Shown here piece by piece: positions 61,598 through 64,000 of a stretch of 64,000 bases of DNA. The notes under the pieces were generated by a model that searched no databases, had not been told where the DNA came from, and worked only from the letters and a program-made list of their open reading frames with translations. The position numbers and the translations under genes were made by a program. Numbering within the stretch: the first letter of the stretch is position 1; each line of letters starts with the position of its first letter. Location: NCBI GenBank assembly GCA_030770535.1, contig JASVEC010000002.1, forward strand, positions 1,426,001 through 1,490,000, written 5' to 3'. This DNA comes from Batkoa obscura (taxonomy: Eukaryota).

Positions 61598-63379
61598 ATT
61601 AATTGAGATTTAAAAATTATGTTAAATTATAGTTTTTTTATTTATGCTTTATAGTTTTTTTGATTTTTTGTTTAAAGCTATAAAGCTTATGAATTTGTAT
61701 TACATGTTCAACTCTTGAATTTTTTTTTAAAATTAACAATAGTTGTTTTTATAATATTGTTATATTTATAAAAATATGCTTCAGATACATTATTAATATT
61801 AAAACAGACTGTTTTTTGTACACGACTTAGTATTAAAATTCACATATTGCGAAATCTGATACTCAGCGATTGGAGTCAAAAGCAATTATTATTTATTGAA
61901 TATGCTGTAAGCTGAAAGGTCTTAGTTTATGTGACTAAGATAGACTTATATTATGAATAATAGCAAGCGATATGCTCTAAGACTATGTAAGACAAATAAA
62001 ATAGATAGTACTGATGTAAAATTTACGTAAAATACTATCAAGAAAACTAAGTAGCTTTATTGAATGTACGAGATATCAGGGAATAATTTAGTTAAAAAAC
62101 CCCAAGCTATACTATGTTCTAAAATCTCTTTTATACTTTGACAAGTACAAATATTAAAACGGGAAGATAATATTCTTTGGGATAAAGCTAAAAATTCTCA
62201 TAGCAAATCAAACTAAGAGCGTGGAATTGACTGTCTCTGAACTCGAGAACATAACAACCTAAGTGATTATTATGCTATAGTCAACCATGGAGCTGACAAA
62301 GCGATATTTTACAATATATAACATTGACACGTATAATCTCTATTATAAATAATGAAAAATATTTATTTTGTTGTGTAAAAAAATATTAATATAATATGGA
62401 TATTAAAAAATTATTCTTTCTACTTTATTTTTTAATAGAAACAAAAATGTTCTACAGTAATGAACGCTTATTTTAGGATATAGGTAGTATGTCAAATCAT
62501 TTTGAACATGGTTTATCATTATTGTTTAAATATTATTAATAGTTTTAAACTTATCAAAAATTCTATTTAAAAAATAGGCTTTATTATCAAAATCATAATA
62601 ATTAACATGTTTCTGTTAAATTTTCCTAAACAGAATTTGGCATTTTAATTTTGCACTCATAAATTTAATCATAACTTTTTGTGTTATATTCAACAAATAC
62701 AAATCTAAAGTTCAGCTCTACCTTTAGATATACTTGATAGTAAATATATTTGGTCAAATTGTTTATTAAATAAAAAAGAATTCATTCATTATTTACTTTA
62801 GTTTCCAAATGATAATATTTTAATTCAAAGCAAAACTAGAAACAAATTAAACTAGACTTGAAATCAATTTAATTTCCAAAATTAGCAAATATCAATCATA
62901 ACATCAAAACAGAATATACTATTATTACATTTTAAACGTAGATTGGACTTTTTAATTTTGTATTTGTTAGATACAAAAATAGAAAATTTTTAGATAATAA
63001 ATTCAGTAAATACAAAATTTAAAAGCCCAATTCACGTTCAAAATATAGTAGTAATAAAATAAGTTGAACTCAAAAACCGCTCGATTAAAAAAGCGGTTTA
63101 TTTCAAAATAAAAATAATGAAAATTTGATAAGTGTTGAGTAAACGATTATAAGAAGAGGTAACTAAGTGGAAGTAAAATACAAAAAACATTAGGGTAAAA
63201 AAAAGTAAATTAAACTTTTAAAAAAAGATAAATTCAAAACTATATAAATAGTCAAGAGAATAAAGAGGGATTTAGTAGAACTAATAATTTATTTCATTTA
63301 TAGTATTTAACTCCTTACTGTCCTTAATAATTATCTAATATACTTAATTTTCTAATAATTTTCTAATATCTATACAAAC

Positions 63380-63871
63380 ATGAAATTTAATGTAGTAATC
63401 TTTACACTTTACACTTTATGCACCATTGGTGCCTCACCCCTTCAGCGTAAAGCAGACGCTGGTTTATTGGGCGGTTTATTAGGCAGTGTTTTAGGTGGTG
63501 GATCCGATGGTGGATTATTGGAATCCTTAACAGGTGGGGGCGGGCCAATTGGGGGGCTACTTAATGGAGTAACTGGAGGGACTGGGGGGACTGGAGGTTT
63601 ACTTGGTGGTGTTGTAGGTGGTAACAATGATGGATTATTATCCAATTTACCAGTCACCGGAGGTAATAAAAACAAAATGACAGTTGGTAATGGGATTGTT
63701 ACTAGCCTCCCAATGGATGAAACACCAATTGGTAGAGGAAGTAATAATAATGGATTGTTAGGGGGGATTCCAGTGGCTGGAGAAATTTTAGGTAGACCTG
63801 GCAATAATGGGTTGGTTTCAGGGATTCCAGTAGCTGGTAATATTCTTTCTGACATTGGAGTTGGAGTTTAG
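63380..63871 (+). CDS. Secreted Gly/Leu-rich protein, family C (copy C2)
   Basis: Signal peptide, RK site, GLLGGLLG and [LI]PVxG repeats, end LSDIGVGV. TATATAAA at 63241. Signal peptide and 3' UTR resemble those of 57122. Confidence 0.87.
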   Translation: MKFNVVIFTLYTLCTIGASPLQRKADAGLLGGLLGSVLGGGSDGGLLESLTGGGGPIGGLLNGVTGGTGGTGGLLGGVVGGNNDGLLSNLPVTGGNKNKMTVGNGIVTSLPMDETPIGRGSNNNGLLGGIPVAGEILGRPGNNGLVSGIPVAGNILSDIGVGV

Positions 63872-63921
63872 TTAATATTTTTTAAATAAAATTAATATTT
63901 GTTTTAAATTTCACTAATATT

Positions 63922-64000
63922 ATATGGGGATGTTTTTTTTGGCTTCATTTTTTCCATCTTTTAAGCGCCATTTGAGCGGAAAAATTATTAGCAAAATTCT
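63922..64000 (-). mobile_element. MITE copy, truncated by the window end
   Basis: ATATGGGGATGTTTTTTTTGGCTTC...AAGCGCCATTTGAGCGGAAAA. Confidence 0.88.

Noticed and set aside
25559..64000. Repeated ~105-bp units as a CRISPR array or ncRNA family
   Set aside because: They are dispersed, occur in both orientations, have TIRs and no spacers, and the context is eukaryotic; this fits a MITE.

Overview
Very AT-rich eukaryotic DNA with short (~50-90 nt) GT-AG introns and a fungal gene set. An early-diverging fungus (Conidiobolus-like, Entomophthoromycotina) is my inference, not something I can prove. The window has two compartments. Bases 1-24.7 kb are gene-dense and mostly intron-rich: long-chain acyl-CoA synthetase, Bck1-type MAPKKK, Abf2-like HMG-box protein, GH18 chitinase, symplekin, YEATS2/Ahc1-like protein, WW protein, ALDH3 and CPA1. 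CPA1 carries an unannotated arginine attenuator peptide uORF that overlaps its start codon, plus a perfect Gcn4 site. Bases 25.5-64 kb are gene-sparse and nearly intron-free, with about 20 copies of a ~105-bp MITE, a LINE remnant, a foldback element, three class-A-like GPCRs, an MCT-type MFS transporter and F-box/LRR genes. Within this part, 40-64 kb holds a cluster of seven small secreted Gly/Leu-rich protein genes with a signal peptide and dibasic site. Two divergent pairs of these form a mirror image around a GPCR and a second chitinase, next to a Zn2Cys6 transcription factor, and several of the promoters share CGG-containing motifs. This cluster is the best candidate for an undescribed system.
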